Virus record (IMG/VR): IMGVR_UViG_3300020050_012089
Strand: one strand, 5' to 3'
From: a virus
DNA length: 56,673 nt
Position numbers and translations under genes: made by a program. The notes beneath the pieces were generated by a model. That model had not been told where the DNA came from, searched no databases, and saw nothing but the letters and a program-made list of their open reading frames with translations. Positions 18,207-28,358 of the stretch are shown piece after piece (position 1 is the first letter of the stretch; each line of letters opens with the position of its first letter).

Positions 18207-20519
18207 TTATTCTCGCTCCAGGTTTGCTTGAGTGTCAGTTTGTGACCTCTCAGCTATGTTTAACTTAGATACTCCAGATTGTGTGCTGTTTACTGCTCCA
18301 GAAGCTGCAGACTGCTGCTGTTCTTGTGGTGCAAAATTAGATTGCAGTGCTAATACGTTTGCAGGCACTAAAGAAACGTCCGTTTCAAGGTCCATAAGAA
18401 TGCCCAACTGTATTTTCTTATCATATGGCATGCTAGGTTCGTTCCTTAACTCATCCATAATAGACGTCCTCATGCGTACGTACAAGCTTGGATAAACTTT
18501 TTCAAGGGCTTCAACGTGTTCACGTGTTAGGGTCCCTGCTTCCAGTTCTTCTAATGCGCTCAATGGATTTTCCACAATTTGCACATAACGGTCAAATTTA
18601 GCTAATTCCATACTTGACGGTCTAAATTCTTTTTGCATAAATTTTGGGCCCAATAACTCATTAGTGTCCTTAGGTAACTTCTCAGCTAGGAAATTCAACG
18701 CTTGCACACTTTGGTTTTTCATGTATGCTGCAGTTTCAGGAGCTGCACGAGATACGGAAAATAAACTTTTCGCTAAATTAGTTTCAAACTTTTCAGGGTC
18801 TGTTTGTAAGTCTTTTACTTTAGCACGAATGTTTGTGAATGCCTCTTGCTTGTTTTTAGGTTTTTGCCCATCTTTGTATGACAACGGGCTACTTACTAAA
18901 GCATTTACGGACAATGGTACTGCAGCTCGTTTTGCCTTACTCATGAAATTTTTAGTAGCTTGAGATAATTTTGTTTCTACTAATTTATTTGCTTTCTCGA
19001 TACCTGAGAGTATAACTACTTTACGTTTTAAATCAGACTCAAGTAGTTTTCTAGCACCAGGAACTAGTATCCCAACATTACCCAACATTCCACCAAAAAT
19101 ACCACCCAAAGCGTAGTCTTTAAAGTCTAATAAACTTTTATCGTTTAATGCCTTTTTATCAATTGCCTTAGAAATTGTTTCTGCATAATGGTAGGTTTTG
19201 TTTACTTTCTCTAACCTAGCACCCAACTCAGGATTAACAGATTTTACAAAAGCATTAAGCTCATTACGAATTAAAGAGCGAGCTTCAAACGCAGCTTTTT
19301 CGCCCTTAGATGGGTCACGAGCTTTATAATAACTTTGTCCCAGTTCGTCCATTTGTTTGCGAAGAGTTCTTAGTTCCTTTGCAGTTAAATTTCCAGGCTG
19401 TTCAGATATTTTTTTTAAATCATTTACAATATTTCTAGCAGGACGGATAGCAGAACGGAAAGATTCTAGACCCTCGTAAGGCTTTATAAATTGTTGCTCT
19501 AAATTATCTGCAATTTTTGCAATAGAATTTTTTGGAACACTAGCACTGCCCATAGAGTCATAGATAGAGTCCAATTCTTTTCCAGCAGCAATTTTTATAG
19601 CAGTGTTCTTAGATGCTAAAGTTTCAGCGCTGTCCATAACTTTCATTTGTAATGTATCTTTAAGGTACTCCGGCACACCTTCAAAAAATTTAGGGTTTTT
19701 AGCACTGATTTTCTCTACCTGTGCTTTTGTAAAACCTAAAAGTGCAGCACTATCCTGAACAGGGTCTGAAATTTTTTCGAAAATCTTACCAGTGCTTTTA
19801 GCAATACCTGCATTAATTTTTGAACTAGCTGCACCTGCCATTGGAATAGCAGAACCTAAAGTGCCCCCGATAAGAGCGCCTGAACCTGTGTATGCTAATA
19901 AGTTTTCCGCGTTGAAATCTGCAGTACCAAGCGCATCTTCACGAACTAGTTGTCCAGCACCATACATAGCACCTTCTACAGCGCCCTCAGTACCTTTTGC
20001 TAAACTTTTCTTTACTATCTCTTTTGCAAGTTTTTTATTTGCTGTAGTTTTAAGTACAGTTTCTAGTGCTTTTTCGGCGGCCTTACCAGCAGCAACACTA
20101 GCTGCCTCAGCACCCAGAACGGCCTTACCTGCTCCTTGCACACCTTTGGCAATTAACGATGTACCACCGGAAGCTAAGACAGGCCCGACAACGCCTAAAG
20201 CTTGCCCAGTACCAGATGCAATATTATTAATCTCAGCGCGTTTTTGAAGCTCCTCTTTAGGAACCCCTAAAACCTTATTTTGAAACTGAGAACTAAGTCC
20301 AAATGTAAGAGAGTCAGCAGCACCTTCTAAAAAAGCACGTTCGCCCTGGTCTCCATATTTTTCCTCGTCTTCTCTTGCTTGGTACAACTGCTCTAGGTCA
20401 GTGTCCCCAAGCACAGGTTCGGACGTTCTGACTACAGGCTTATTTAAGTCTTTAGACCCTTGTGCATCAATAGCATCAAGTTTCTGCTCTAGTTCAGAAT
20501 CAAAAATTTTACCGCTCAT
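18207..20519 (-). CDS. large internal-virion / ejection-type protein (770 aa)
   Basis: Gly/Ala-rich hydrophobic segments and long helical regions; placed between the 984-aa tail protein and the fibres as in T7-like podoviruses. Inference only. Confidence 0.45.
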   Translation of the reverse strand: MSGKIFDSELEQKLDAIDAQGSKDLNKPVVRTSEPVLGDTDLEQLYQAREDEEKYGDQGERAFLEGAADSLTFGLSSQFQNKVLGVPKEELQKRAEINNIASGTGQALGVVGPVLASGGTSLIAKGVQGAGKAVLGAEAASVAAGKAAEKALETVLKTTANKKLAKEIVKKSLAKGTEGAVEGAMYGAGQLVREDALGTADFNAENLLAYTGSGALIGGTLGSAIPMAGAASSKINAGIAKSTGKIFEKISDPVQDSAALLGFTKAQVEKISAKNPKFFEGVPEYLKDTLQMKVMDSAETLASKNTAIKIAAGKELDSIYDSMGSASVPKNSIAKIADNLEQQFIKPYEGLESFRSAIRPARNIVNDLKKISEQPGNLTAKELRTLRKQMDELGQSYYKARDPSKGEKAAFEARSLIRNELNAFVKSVNPELGARLEKVNKTYHYAETISKAIDKKALNDKSLLDFKDYALGGIFGGMLGNVGILVPGARKLLESDLKRKVVILSGIEKANKLVETKLSQATKNFMSKAKRAAVPLSVNALVSSPLSYKDGQKPKNKQEAFTNIRAKVKDLQTDPEKFETNLAKSLFSVSRAAPETAAYMKNQSVQALNFLAEKLPKDTNELLGPKFMQKEFRPSSMELAKFDRYVQIVENPLSALEELEAGTLTREHVEALEKVYPSLYVRMRTSIMDELRNEPSMPYDKKIQLGILMDLETDVSLVPANVLALQSNFAPQEQQQSAASGAVNSTQSGVSKLNIAERSQTDTQANLERE

Positions 20520-20528
20520 TGGCCGTCC

Positions 20529-22157
20529 TTAAAATAAGTCATCTTCGTTATCCCAACGGTTCGCTTTTATCAAATCTGACATAGCTTGCGCTGAAGAAAT
20601 AGACTTACCTTTGTTTCTACTGTATTCCATTATCTGCTTAATCTTAACATCATTTTTGCTTTCTGGCAACTGAATACCAGCAGCTTTCATTTTTATTCTA
20701 GTACCATATTTCAGTTTTTCCATAAGTGTAGTTAAAGCCGTATCAGAACTGTCTTTTAATGAAAATATAGCAGTTGGATTTGCAATAATTTTCTTAGCAG
20801 CTTCCTGCTCTGCGTCTGTTAGTACCCCAGGACCAAATAATTCTAAACGTAAGCCACCGATTAATGACCTTTGAAGTGTTTCAGCTTCTTTTCTAGCACC
20901 AGTTAAGTCTAAAGAACCAGATAAAAATTGCTTATTAATTTCTTTAAGTCTACCTAAGTCTCTTAAAGCACTAGAGTTAGCTGGTATTACTTCCATCATT
21001 AGTTTTTTAGAAGCTTCAGGGTTAACCGACGGTCTAAGTTTACCGTCTTTAAATCCACCCACGAATGCACCTTGCATTTTAGGGTCCATAGAAAATACTT
21101 CTTGAGCATCAAAACCATCGCCTGATGCAGCTCTAAGTGCAAATTGCAATTTTATAGCAGTTTCATTAGACTTTTCGTTAACCTCAGAGTACAACTTTGC
21201 AATTTGAGCTTTCTTGTGCTCTGAATCAGTTTGAGCGTTCATTTTTTCTAGTTCAAATTTTGCCAAATCAAGTTGACGCTTTTCCCTAGCTAACTTTTGC
21301 TCTAAATTAAGTTTTCTATTTTCCTTAATTTCTTGCTGCTTAGCTTCAATCATTTTCATAGCAGGGTTTTCTTTACCTAATGAACCTAAGCCTACGGCCA
21401 TAGCAATTCTAAGTCTATCACCCCACGTGTCTCCATATGGGTTTTTAGCTTGTTCAGCTTTAAGTGCAGCATCCTCTGCATCTTCCAGAGCTTGCATTCT
21501 GCCCTTAATTTCATTTTCTTTTTCCATTGCTGCATTAATTTGTCTGTCTTGCTCTTTTACTACAGCAACTTGCTGAGCAGCAGCTTTACGAATTGGCGCA
21601 GCTTCTTGCTCAACTTCTTCGACAGAAGGTAATTGTGACTGTACTAAATCCTCATCAGTAGCAGGCATTTTTTCTCTAGGTATTCCATATTGCTCAGCAG
21701 TAGGCACTGGCATAGTTTGAAGCCCTTGTGCAGCAGCTCTTTGATTGTGATTATTAATTTTTTCTAAATCTTGAGCGTATTTTGCTTTTTTTCTATTTAT
21801 TTCAGAGTCAATTGCAGCCTGTTTTTCCATTTCTTGCTCTTCAACAATAGATGAAAGGCGTGCAGCTTCGTCAACGTCTCCAGTTTGAGCAGCTAAATTA
21901 GCACGTTCCCTTGTGCCTTCTGGTGTAAACGGTTGCAAGTAAGCAGGGTTTGCAAGGTCAGGTAGCGCAATTTGAGGTTGTTCTTGCTCACGCATTACAG
22001 ACATGTTATTGTCTGCCTGCTGAATAAGGGCCGCAGCATCTTGGGGTTGCACCATTTGAGATTGCACTCTTTGGTACGTTTCAGGTTTAATTAATCCTTG
22101 CTGAGCAAGCGCATCAAAAGACTGAGCATTTATACTTTTTAAAATATCGTTTGCCAT
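20529..22157 (-). CDS. internal-virion-like coiled-coil protein (542 aa)
   Basis: Gln/Glu/Lys/Ala-rich, helical-looking; position within the virion block. Confidence 0.45.
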   Translation of the reverse strand: MANDILKSINAQSFDALAQQGLIKPETYQRVQSQMVQPQDAAALIQQADNNMSVMREQEQPQIALPDLANPAYLQPFTPEGTRERANLAAQTGDVDEAARLSSIVEEQEMEKQAAIDSEINRKKAKYAQDLEKINNHNQRAAAQGLQTMPVPTAEQYGIPREKMPATDEDLVQSQLPSVEEVEQEAAPIRKAAAQQVAVVKEQDRQINAAMEKENEIKGRMQALEDAEDAALKAEQAKNPYGDTWGDRLRIAMAVGLGSLGKENPAMKMIEAKQQEIKENRKLNLEQKLAREKRQLDLAKFELEKMNAQTDSEHKKAQIAKLYSEVNEKSNETAIKLQFALRAASGDGFDAQEVFSMDPKMQGAFVGGFKDGKLRPSVNPEASKKLMMEVIPANSSALRDLGRLKEINKQFLSGSLDLTGARKEAETLQRSLIGGLRLELFGPGVLTDAEQEAAKKIIANPTAIFSLKDSSDTALTTLMEKLKYGTRIKMKAAGIQLPESKNDVKIKQIMEYSRNKGKSISSAQAMSDLIKANRWDNEDDLF

Positions 22158-22162
22158 AATTA

Positions 22163-22564
22163 TTATCCTATTAGTCTACCAGAAGTGTACATAGACATTT
22201 GTTTTAAAAATTCTTTGTTGTCATCGTCTTTTAGTGCTTTTTGCCCTAATTCTCCGATGTTTTTTAATTGTAACTGACCAGTAGGGGCCACTGCAACACC
22301 TGACAAATTATCTGAAACCATACTAGACCCAGCACCGTTCATAGCTCCAGCCATTTTTCCGGCCATAGCAGAACCAAGTGCATTCATGCCAGCGTTGTCT
22401 TTTTGTTTAATCTCAATTGGACCTGCTAAAGGCTGAGATGCAATTTGTCGTACTTTCTGCTTTTGAGCTTCAGCAAATTGAGCCATTTTTTCAAAAGTTT
22501 CTGGTTTTACAGCAGAGCCTATAGCATCTTTATTAGCTAATAATTTTTTTACCCAGTCGTCCAT
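22163..22564 (-). CDS. virion-block hypothetical protein (133 aa)
   Basis: ORF with a Gly/Ala/Met-rich middle; tightly packed in the virion block. Confidence 0.45.
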   Translation of the reverse strand: MDDWVKKLLANKDAIGSAVKPETFEKMAQFAEAQKQKVRQIASQPLAGPIEIKQKDNAGMNALGSAMAGKMAGAMNGAGSSMVSDNLSGVAVAPTGQLQLKNIGELGQKALKDDDNKEFLKQMSMYTSGRLIG

Positions 22565-23409
22565 TAATTTCCTCTTCTCATTTCAAATAACAATTTATTG
22601 TCTATCGCTGCTTTTTCTACAGCAGGTTCTATAGCTTCAACTGCTTGCGCTGTAGGTGTCCTATTATCTAATGCAATTTGCTTCATAGTTGCAGCGTCAG
22701 CAGCACTTGTATTATCTGCAGAACCCAATATACCTGAATTTTCCATTCTTCTAGGAGGTTTACCAGGTTCAATTATAACCATATTTTGCTTAGGAGCATC
22801 TTTAGCAATATTTTTTACACTACCTATTTTTTCTTCTGGAGCTTTTACTGTAACTTTACCATAGTTTGGTTTTTCAGGCACACGTTCTAGCATACCGTGC
22901 TTTGTACCTTGAAACTTTTCAGGCATAATTTGAGCAACATTTGATGGAGTTTGTGCGTCCATAGACATATCAAGTCTTTTAGCTACATCATCACTTAAAT
23001 TTATTTTACCTTCTGCTACAGCTTTTTTAAGTTGCATTAGTTTTTCTAAAGTTGCAGGTGGTAAATGTTTAGCGGTAGTCTCAGCTACCATACCCAGGCC
23101 CTTACCTATTTTTCCCACTGGAACTAAATTTGTAGGGTCTGCAAAAACCTCTAATCCTGCAACACCTAATGCTTTAGCAATGTTTACAGCAGTGCTGTCT
23201 GGAAGGCCCGAAGCTTCAGCTAATTTTTCAACAATAGCTTGCGCACTAGCTTCACTACTTTCTTTATTACCCTTAGCTTTTAAAATCTCAGCTAACTTAT
23301 TCATAGTATACCGCTGTGGGGCAGAAACTAATTTAGAAGCTTTTGAAAGCATTCCATCTTCTTTTTTAGCAATATTAATAATTTCAGAAGCTTTATCTAA
23401 TTTAGACAT
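22564..23409 (-). CDS. virion-block hypothetical protein (281 aa)
   Basis: ORF coupled to both flanking genes (1-nt overlaps). Confidence 0.45.
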   Translation of the reverse strand: MSKLDKASEIINIAKKEDGMLSKASKLVSAPQRYTMNKLAEILKAKGNKESSEASAQAIVEKLAEASGLPDSTAVNIAKALGVAGLEVFADPTNLVPVGKIGKGLGMVAETTAKHLPPATLEKLMQLKKAVAEGKINLSDDVAKRLDMSMDAQTPSNVAQIMPEKFQGTKHGMLERVPEKPNYGKVTVKAPEEKIGSVKNIAKDAPKQNMVIIEPGKPPRRMENSGILGSADNTSAADAATMKQIALDNRTPTAQAVEAIEPAVEKAAIDNKLLFEMRRGN

Positions 23410-24365
23410 TACGCTTTCTTCTTACCTTTTTCTAAAGAGTTAAGTCGCTCGTTCAATCTAGCCTGCGCAGACATTACAGCACTAAACGCACTTTGCATGT
23501 CGATGGCTTTACCAGCACCAGTTTCTTTTACTAAAGATTTCCCGATTTCCGATTTTTCTAAATCCTGCGCCATTACCCCTGCTTTTTTACCTGAAGAAGT
23601 ATTTGGTGTGCCTTCCTTGTATTCAAAACTATAACTTTTCATAGCATCGAGAAACTTATCAATTTTTTTGCTATCGGGTTTTACATCTTTTTTTACATTT
23701 TTATCTGACATTAGTAATGCAGAACCAGCAGAACCAGCCATACCCATAAGAGCCTGACCCCTAGAAGCTCTGTTAGCAGAACTTTGCATAGCTGCTTGTT
23801 GTCCAGCATTAAATTGAGCTGTTTCAGCTTGTTGCATTTCTCTTTTTGCAGCAGTATCAGCAGTGAAGGCAGCGTTAGCTAAATTCAATGCACCTTCATC
23901 TTCATTCTGACGCAAACCAATAAGGTCCTGCTGAGCCTGTCTTTGTTCTAGTATTTTAGCACTAGCAGAGTCTTGAGCAACTTGTCTATTTCCCATTGTC
24001 ATTGCTGTAGCTAAGTTACGACCTTGAGCAGCCCCTGAAGCACCGCGCCCTGAGCTTTGTGCAGCCATAAGTTGCGCCAAATTTCTATCTTGTGTTGCTT
24101 TTAATTGTGCTTGTGCTAAACTTGGACCTTTTCCAGAAGCAGTGGCAGCTAAATTTTGAGCTATATTTGCAGAATTGAAAGCTTGCCCAGTAGATGCTTG
24201 TCTAGCAGTTTGAGCGGCGAGCATAGGATTTATAGTGCTCTGAAGTCTTTTAGCTTCCTCGTCTATCATAAAAGGGGCTTTATTAATATTAGCTGCAGTG
24301 GCCCCAGCATTTCCGCCCACAACTCCTTTTACTAAGCCAGTAACTTTTTTTACAGCTTTACTCAT
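23409..24365 (-). CDS. Ala/Gln-rich virion protein with C-terminal peptidase S74 intramolecular-chaperone domain
   Basis: C-terminal SDKNVKKDV...FLDAMKSYSFEYK...GVMAQDLEK...LNERLNSLE matches the S74 auto-cleaving chaperone pattern. Confidence 0.65.
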   Translation of the reverse strand: MSKAVKKVTGLVKGVVGGNAGATAANINKAPFMIDEEAKRLQSTINPMLAAQTARQASTGQAFNSANIAQNLAATASGKGPSLAQAQLKATQDRNLAQLMAAQSSGRGASGAAQGRNLATAMTMGNRQVAQDSASAKILEQRQAQQDLIGLRQNEDEGALNLANAAFTADTAAKREMQQAETAQFNAGQQAAMQSSANRASRGQALMGMAGSAGSALLMSDKNVKKDVKPDSKKIDKFLDAMKSYSFEYKEGTPNTSSGKKAGVMAQDLEKSEIGKSLVKETGAGKAIDMQSAFSAVMSAQARLNERLNSLEKGKKKA

Positions 24366-24368
24366 TTT

Positions 24369-24698
24369 TTATATTTCCTTTTTGTACCAAATTAGGTCTT
24401 GCGTGGCCGAATGTATTTTAAACCCGTAACCTAACAAAACTAAGTTTCTATAATGTGAATTTTGTAAAGAAGGGACAACGGAGCCATATAAGCACTTATA
24501 TCCTTCTTTTTTAGCTTTATCTGCAACTAAGTCAGCGTAGTAAGATGCAGTTTTTTCTTTTCGGTGCTCAGGTAGCACATAAATATCTTCAATGTATATC
24601 CCGTCTTCCATAATTCCGTATGTAATGAACCCTTTATCGTCCTCATACATTTCAAAATTCTTCAATTCTTTTATATACATCGCGTATTTTGACTGCAT
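24369..24698 (-). CDS. small GNAT-like acetyltransferase
   Basis: IEDIYVLPEHRKEKTASYYADLV...KKEGYK resembles the GNAT acetyl-CoA binding core. Confidence 0.45.
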   Translation of the reverse strand: MQSKYAMYIKELKNFEMYEDDKGFITYGIMEDGIYIEDIYVLPEHRKEKTASYYADLVADKAKKEGYKCLYGSVVPSLQNSHYRNLVLLGYGFKIHSATQDLIWYKKEI

Positions 24699-24724
24699 AT
24701 AATAGTAGAATTGTTATACGGGCC

Positions 24725-27679
24725 TTATTTAGCCCCATACTTATTAGTAGCTGGAAGATTAAACTCAGTGTCCTTGATTCCAACTCTAAATGTAATAGAG
24801 CTTAGGCTCAACCCCTCGCCTACTTCGTCTTGAGCATCCTCAATAACTAACTTTATAGCCTGGCATTTCTGTCTTGCTAAATCTATTCGCATTTGATACA
24901 GGTTTTGGTCTATATTACCACCATATGGCAACGTTGTGGGAGCACCATAAGGGCTATATCCACCATAAGGAGTACTGTCTATAAAGTCAGCAACATCTAC
25001 TACTACTTCGTCAGTGAATGCCTCTACGAAATTATAGGCAACCTTAACACGTAATTTGTGCTGAGATTTGTATGTACCAAGTAGCAATGCATGGTAAATT
25101 CTTTGAAAACCCTGTACGTCAGTTAAGTATAACCAGCCTGTCTCAATACGAAATTTAATAGGGCTTGAATTATCAGCAAATGAAGTTCTATTTTCTTTAT
25201 AAAGCTCGCCATCTTTTCTTAGGTAATAATAATCATTTTCAATTACTACAGAGGACACCCCAGCATGGTTTTGGAATGTTGCCCAACGGTTCAAATTATA
25301 GTTATACACAAGTGCAATACTATCATTAGTTATAAACCTAATTTGGTTTAATTCTCCCACAACTTGAGCACTAGTAACAGTTAGATTATTGTACAGTTCT
25401 ACTTTATCACCTAGGTAATTGAAAGCTAGTCCCTTAGTTAATAACCAAATACCTTTTCTGCTTTTAAACATAAGGCCTAATGGAGTCAGCACAACTGAAT
25501 TTACGTCGAGGCACCCAATATCGGAAGCAAGAATCTCTGGCTTTGTGAAATCGTTATCCTGCAACGCATTTGTAGGGCCGTCGCCTGAAATGTACAATGT
25601 AGCGTCAACTTGGAAAGCAACAAACTTTTCGTCCATAGATGCAATTTGAGAAATTTCACCACCGATAGGGTCAAAATTTACAGGTATAAGGTCTGTGAAC
25701 TCTACAGGTTTTCCCTCTTCTACTTGCTTTGAAAAATACACTGTATTTGCTTGCTCACCAACAACTGCCAAACGGTTTTTGAAAACTGTAATAAGGTTCG
25801 AAGCAGGCGCAGGAATATTTTCAATTACACCCCCAGTAGTGTATAGAAGCTCTTTACTAATTAAAGCAGCATCTGACAACGTATCTTCTATTGTAATAGT
25901 ATCAACTGTAGTGTCATTGAACACCGGACTTAAATTGCTTGTAACTTTATAAAAATTTGTACCAGCGTCTTCTGTTCTATATAAATCAATAACAACATTT
26001 TGTTTTTCAGTTATACGGAGTGTTGGAACTACTATTTCTTGAGTCTGTGTAGGTGTGCCTCCTGTTAAAAGCACTTCTAATGCAACTTGAGTAGGAGCAC
26101 TTTGATAATCTTTACCGTTGTTGTCCACCCAGCGATATACAGCTACGTACGCATAATCACCGTCGGATATAGCTCCACCTGTAGTAGCAGTAGCACCAGC
26201 TTCTATATCTTCAGGAAATACGTGAAAACCGTGCTCCACAACTACATTACCGTCGTACATTTTAAGCACTCCAGAACAAATATGTAAAGTGTCTGCTAAA
26301 AATGCATTTTGATATATTGTAGTAGGATTAAAATTAATGGTAGTGCTGTTTACCCCAAGTAAAGAATAAAAAGAATCGTTATTACTTATCACCCTGCTTT
26401 TTATTGCATTTGGAATAATAAAATTATTTGTATCTATAGCAGAAACCTTAGGAAGTACTCCAGAAGCAATAACACCAGATGCGTTCTGATTATTAAATTT
26501 TGTAACTATTTTGCCGTTTAAATCTATTATAAAGTATGTAGGTTGTAAGGCAGAGTCGTGCACAACTGGTAGAAATGTCTCGCTGTTCCATGTAAAAGGT
26601 TTTGCAGAAATACCAACGCTTCTAATAAGGTTAGAGGTGCCCGACACTACTCCAGCAACTGTTAAATTTGCTTTACCAATATAGTGATTGTATGTTTCTG
26701 CTGCACTAACTTCCCAAAATATAGTGTAAGAAGACATAGTTGGGCTTTGAGCTATTCCAATATTTACAACATCTGCTACTGCAGCTACTTGAGTAGGAAC
26801 TAAAATAGAACCAGCAAACGTGGAAGCATATATTGTGCAAGTTATGTCCGTGCCGTTTGACCATGCCACTACTACTCTAGATTGCTCATCTAAAGTAATG
26901 TTTAATGCGTCAGAAGCTACTTCTCCTGCAAACACAATAGTACTAGAAACGTTATCATCTGCGTCAATTTTAAATATAGAAGCTTCAGCAGCATTGTAAG
27001 CAACAAAAACAGCACTAGCGCTGCCAGCAGCGTCAATTAAAGGGTCTGTAGCACTCAAATCAGACTTCGCTGTAGTAGCTGCACTTAGTACGTTTGGAGC
27101 TGCTAATTCTAATTTTTTGAATTTTAAGTCTGTACCTTCTCCATATACAAAATATATAGAATTTGAAATATTAGATACTATAGGTCTAAAACCTGAAGCA
27201 GAAAGTAAAGCATCGGAAACAACAAAATTTTTATTTTGAATGTCAAGAATACTGTATTTAAGTCCACCAGAACTGTCTTCCCAAGCATATATTTCAAAGT
27301 TATTTACAAGAAGTCCAGACAAATTTGTTTGACTGTTTGCATTTTTAATAATAGTTTTTGATGTAATTTTTGAAGGATACAGTGTACCTTTGTTTGTGAA
27401 TTTTTGTAAACTCGGAGAATAAGCAAGTAGTGCACTGTTTGTAAGCAGCACTAACTCTTTCTTGTATTTAGTTGTTATTTTTGCATCGGAAATAGATGTA
27501 CCGTCAAGTAGTTGCAGCCCAACACTATCGTATCCATTTCTCTTTTTTAAAAGCTTTAACGTTTCATATACAACGTTTTCTGCCTTTCTCATGAATCCAG
27601 GCTCTTCTTGCTTAGGGTCTATTTTTGTGTTTAGGCCTTGGTCAATCGGAAGCGCAACAATACTTTTAGCTAAAGCCAT
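24725..27679 (-). CDS. large tail structural protein (984 aa), nozzle / tail tubular B-like by position
   Basis: Largest ORF; beta-rich; lies between small tail proteins and the internal-virion-like block. Confidence 0.5.
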   Translation of the reverse strand: MALAKSIVALPIDQGLNTKIDPKQEEPGFMRKAENVVYETLKLLKKRNGYDSVGLQLLDGTSISDAKITTKYKKELVLLTNSALLAYSPSLQKFTNKGTLYPSKITSKTIIKNANSQTNLSGLLVNNFEIYAWEDSSGGLKYSILDIQNKNFVVSDALLSASGFRPIVSNISNSIYFVYGEGTDLKFKKLELAAPNVLSAATTAKSDLSATDPLIDAAGSASAVFVAYNAAEASIFKIDADDNVSSTIVFAGEVASDALNITLDEQSRVVVAWSNGTDITCTIYASTFAGSILVPTQVAAVADVVNIGIAQSPTMSSYTIFWEVSAAETYNHYIGKANLTVAGVVSGTSNLIRSVGISAKPFTWNSETFLPVVHDSALQPTYFIIDLNGKIVTKFNNQNASGVIASGVLPKVSAIDTNNFIIPNAIKSRVISNNDSFYSLLGVNSTTINFNPTTIYQNAFLADTLHICSGVLKMYDGNVVVEHGFHVFPEDIEAGATATTGGAISDGDYAYVAVYRWVDNNGKDYQSAPTQVALEVLLTGGTPTQTQEIVVPTLRITEKQNVVIDLYRTEDAGTNFYKVTSNLSPVFNDTTVDTITIEDTLSDAALISKELLYTTGGVIENIPAPASNLITVFKNRLAVVGEQANTVYFSKQVEEGKPVEFTDLIPVNFDPIGGEISQIASMDEKFVAFQVDATLYISGDGPTNALQDNDFTKPEILASDIGCLDVNSVVLTPLGLMFKSRKGIWLLTKGLAFNYLGDKVELYNNLTVTSAQVVGELNQIRFITNDSIALVYNYNLNRWATFQNHAGVSSVVIENDYYYLRKDGELYKENRTSFADNSSPIKFRIETGWLYLTDVQGFQRIYHALLLGTYKSQHKLRVKVAYNFVEAFTDEVVVDVADFIDSTPYGGYSPYGAPTTLPYGGNIDQNLYQMRIDLARQKCQAIKLVIEDAQDEVGEGLSLSSITFRVGIKDTEFNLPATNKYGAK

Positions 27680-27691
27680 AAAACTCCTAAA

Positions 27692-28351
27692 TTATAGAAC
27701 AAACCATGAAGCAACACCGTCAGAAATAACATAAGCAGCTTCTTTAGGAGAACTTATAATGTAGTTCACCTCACTGTCTATAGTGTCTGAACCAGAAGGC
27801 GTAATTGTAATGTTGTTTGAATCTGCTGAACCTGTTTTATCTTTAATAACATATAGTCGCCCAGCAACTACCGAAGAGGCTAGTGGCAACGTAACTTCTC
27901 TAGCCGCTGTAGTGTCTGTAGAAATAAATACGAACGTATCTGCTGGAGCAATAGACAAGTCACTTGTAATAGTTGTAAAGCCAAAACTTTGAGCAGAAGC
28001 AGGAGTAGAAACTAAAGAGCCACCGCTAGTTAATTGAATTGCAATACCAGCAGAGTTTGTATAGTAAAGGTCCCCAGAAACTGCATAAACAGACTGAGAG
28101 TTCAGCACTCCAGACTGTGTAGCACTAAGATTTTGCAACTTCAATGTCTTTACATTTATAGCAGAAAAGTTATTAAAAGTAAGGTCAGCGTTAATGTTTA
28201 AACCTGCTGTTTTTACCTTCACACCTTTTCCTGAGCTATGGTCGTGCTCGTCAATAGCATCAAATGCATTATTAACTTCCTGAGCCCATTCAGGCGATAA
28301 AGTAACAAGCACTTCTGGCAAATCTAAATTCATAAAAGGTGTAATAGCCAT
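27692..28351 (-). CDS. tail protein (219 aa) sharing a C-terminal domain with the 382-aa fibre
   Basis: N-terminal FMNLDLPE...W..EVNNAFDAIDEHDHSSGKG. C-terminal TLP...YVIKD..G.A..N.IT..P.G.D.ID...ISDG..WFVL. Confidence 0.55.
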   Translation of the reverse strand: MAITPFMNLDLPEVLVTLSPEWAQEVNNAFDAIDEHDHSSGKGVKVKTAGLNINADLTFNNFSAINVKTLKLQNLSATQSGVLNSQSVYAVSGDLYYTNSAGIAIQLTSGGSLVSTPASAQSFGFTTITSDLSIAPADTFVFISTDTTAAREVTLPLASSVVAGRLYVIKDKTGSADSNNITITPSGSDTIDSEVNYIISSPKEAAYVISDGVASWFVL

Positions 28352-28358
28352 AAAATTC

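Noticed and set aside
18207-20519. Tape measure protein, which would imply a long-tailed phage
   Set aside because: No major tail tube, sheath, tail terminator or chaperone-frameshift genes accompany it. The surrounding order (large tail protein, block of internal proteins, fibres) fits a podovirus better. This remains an inference.
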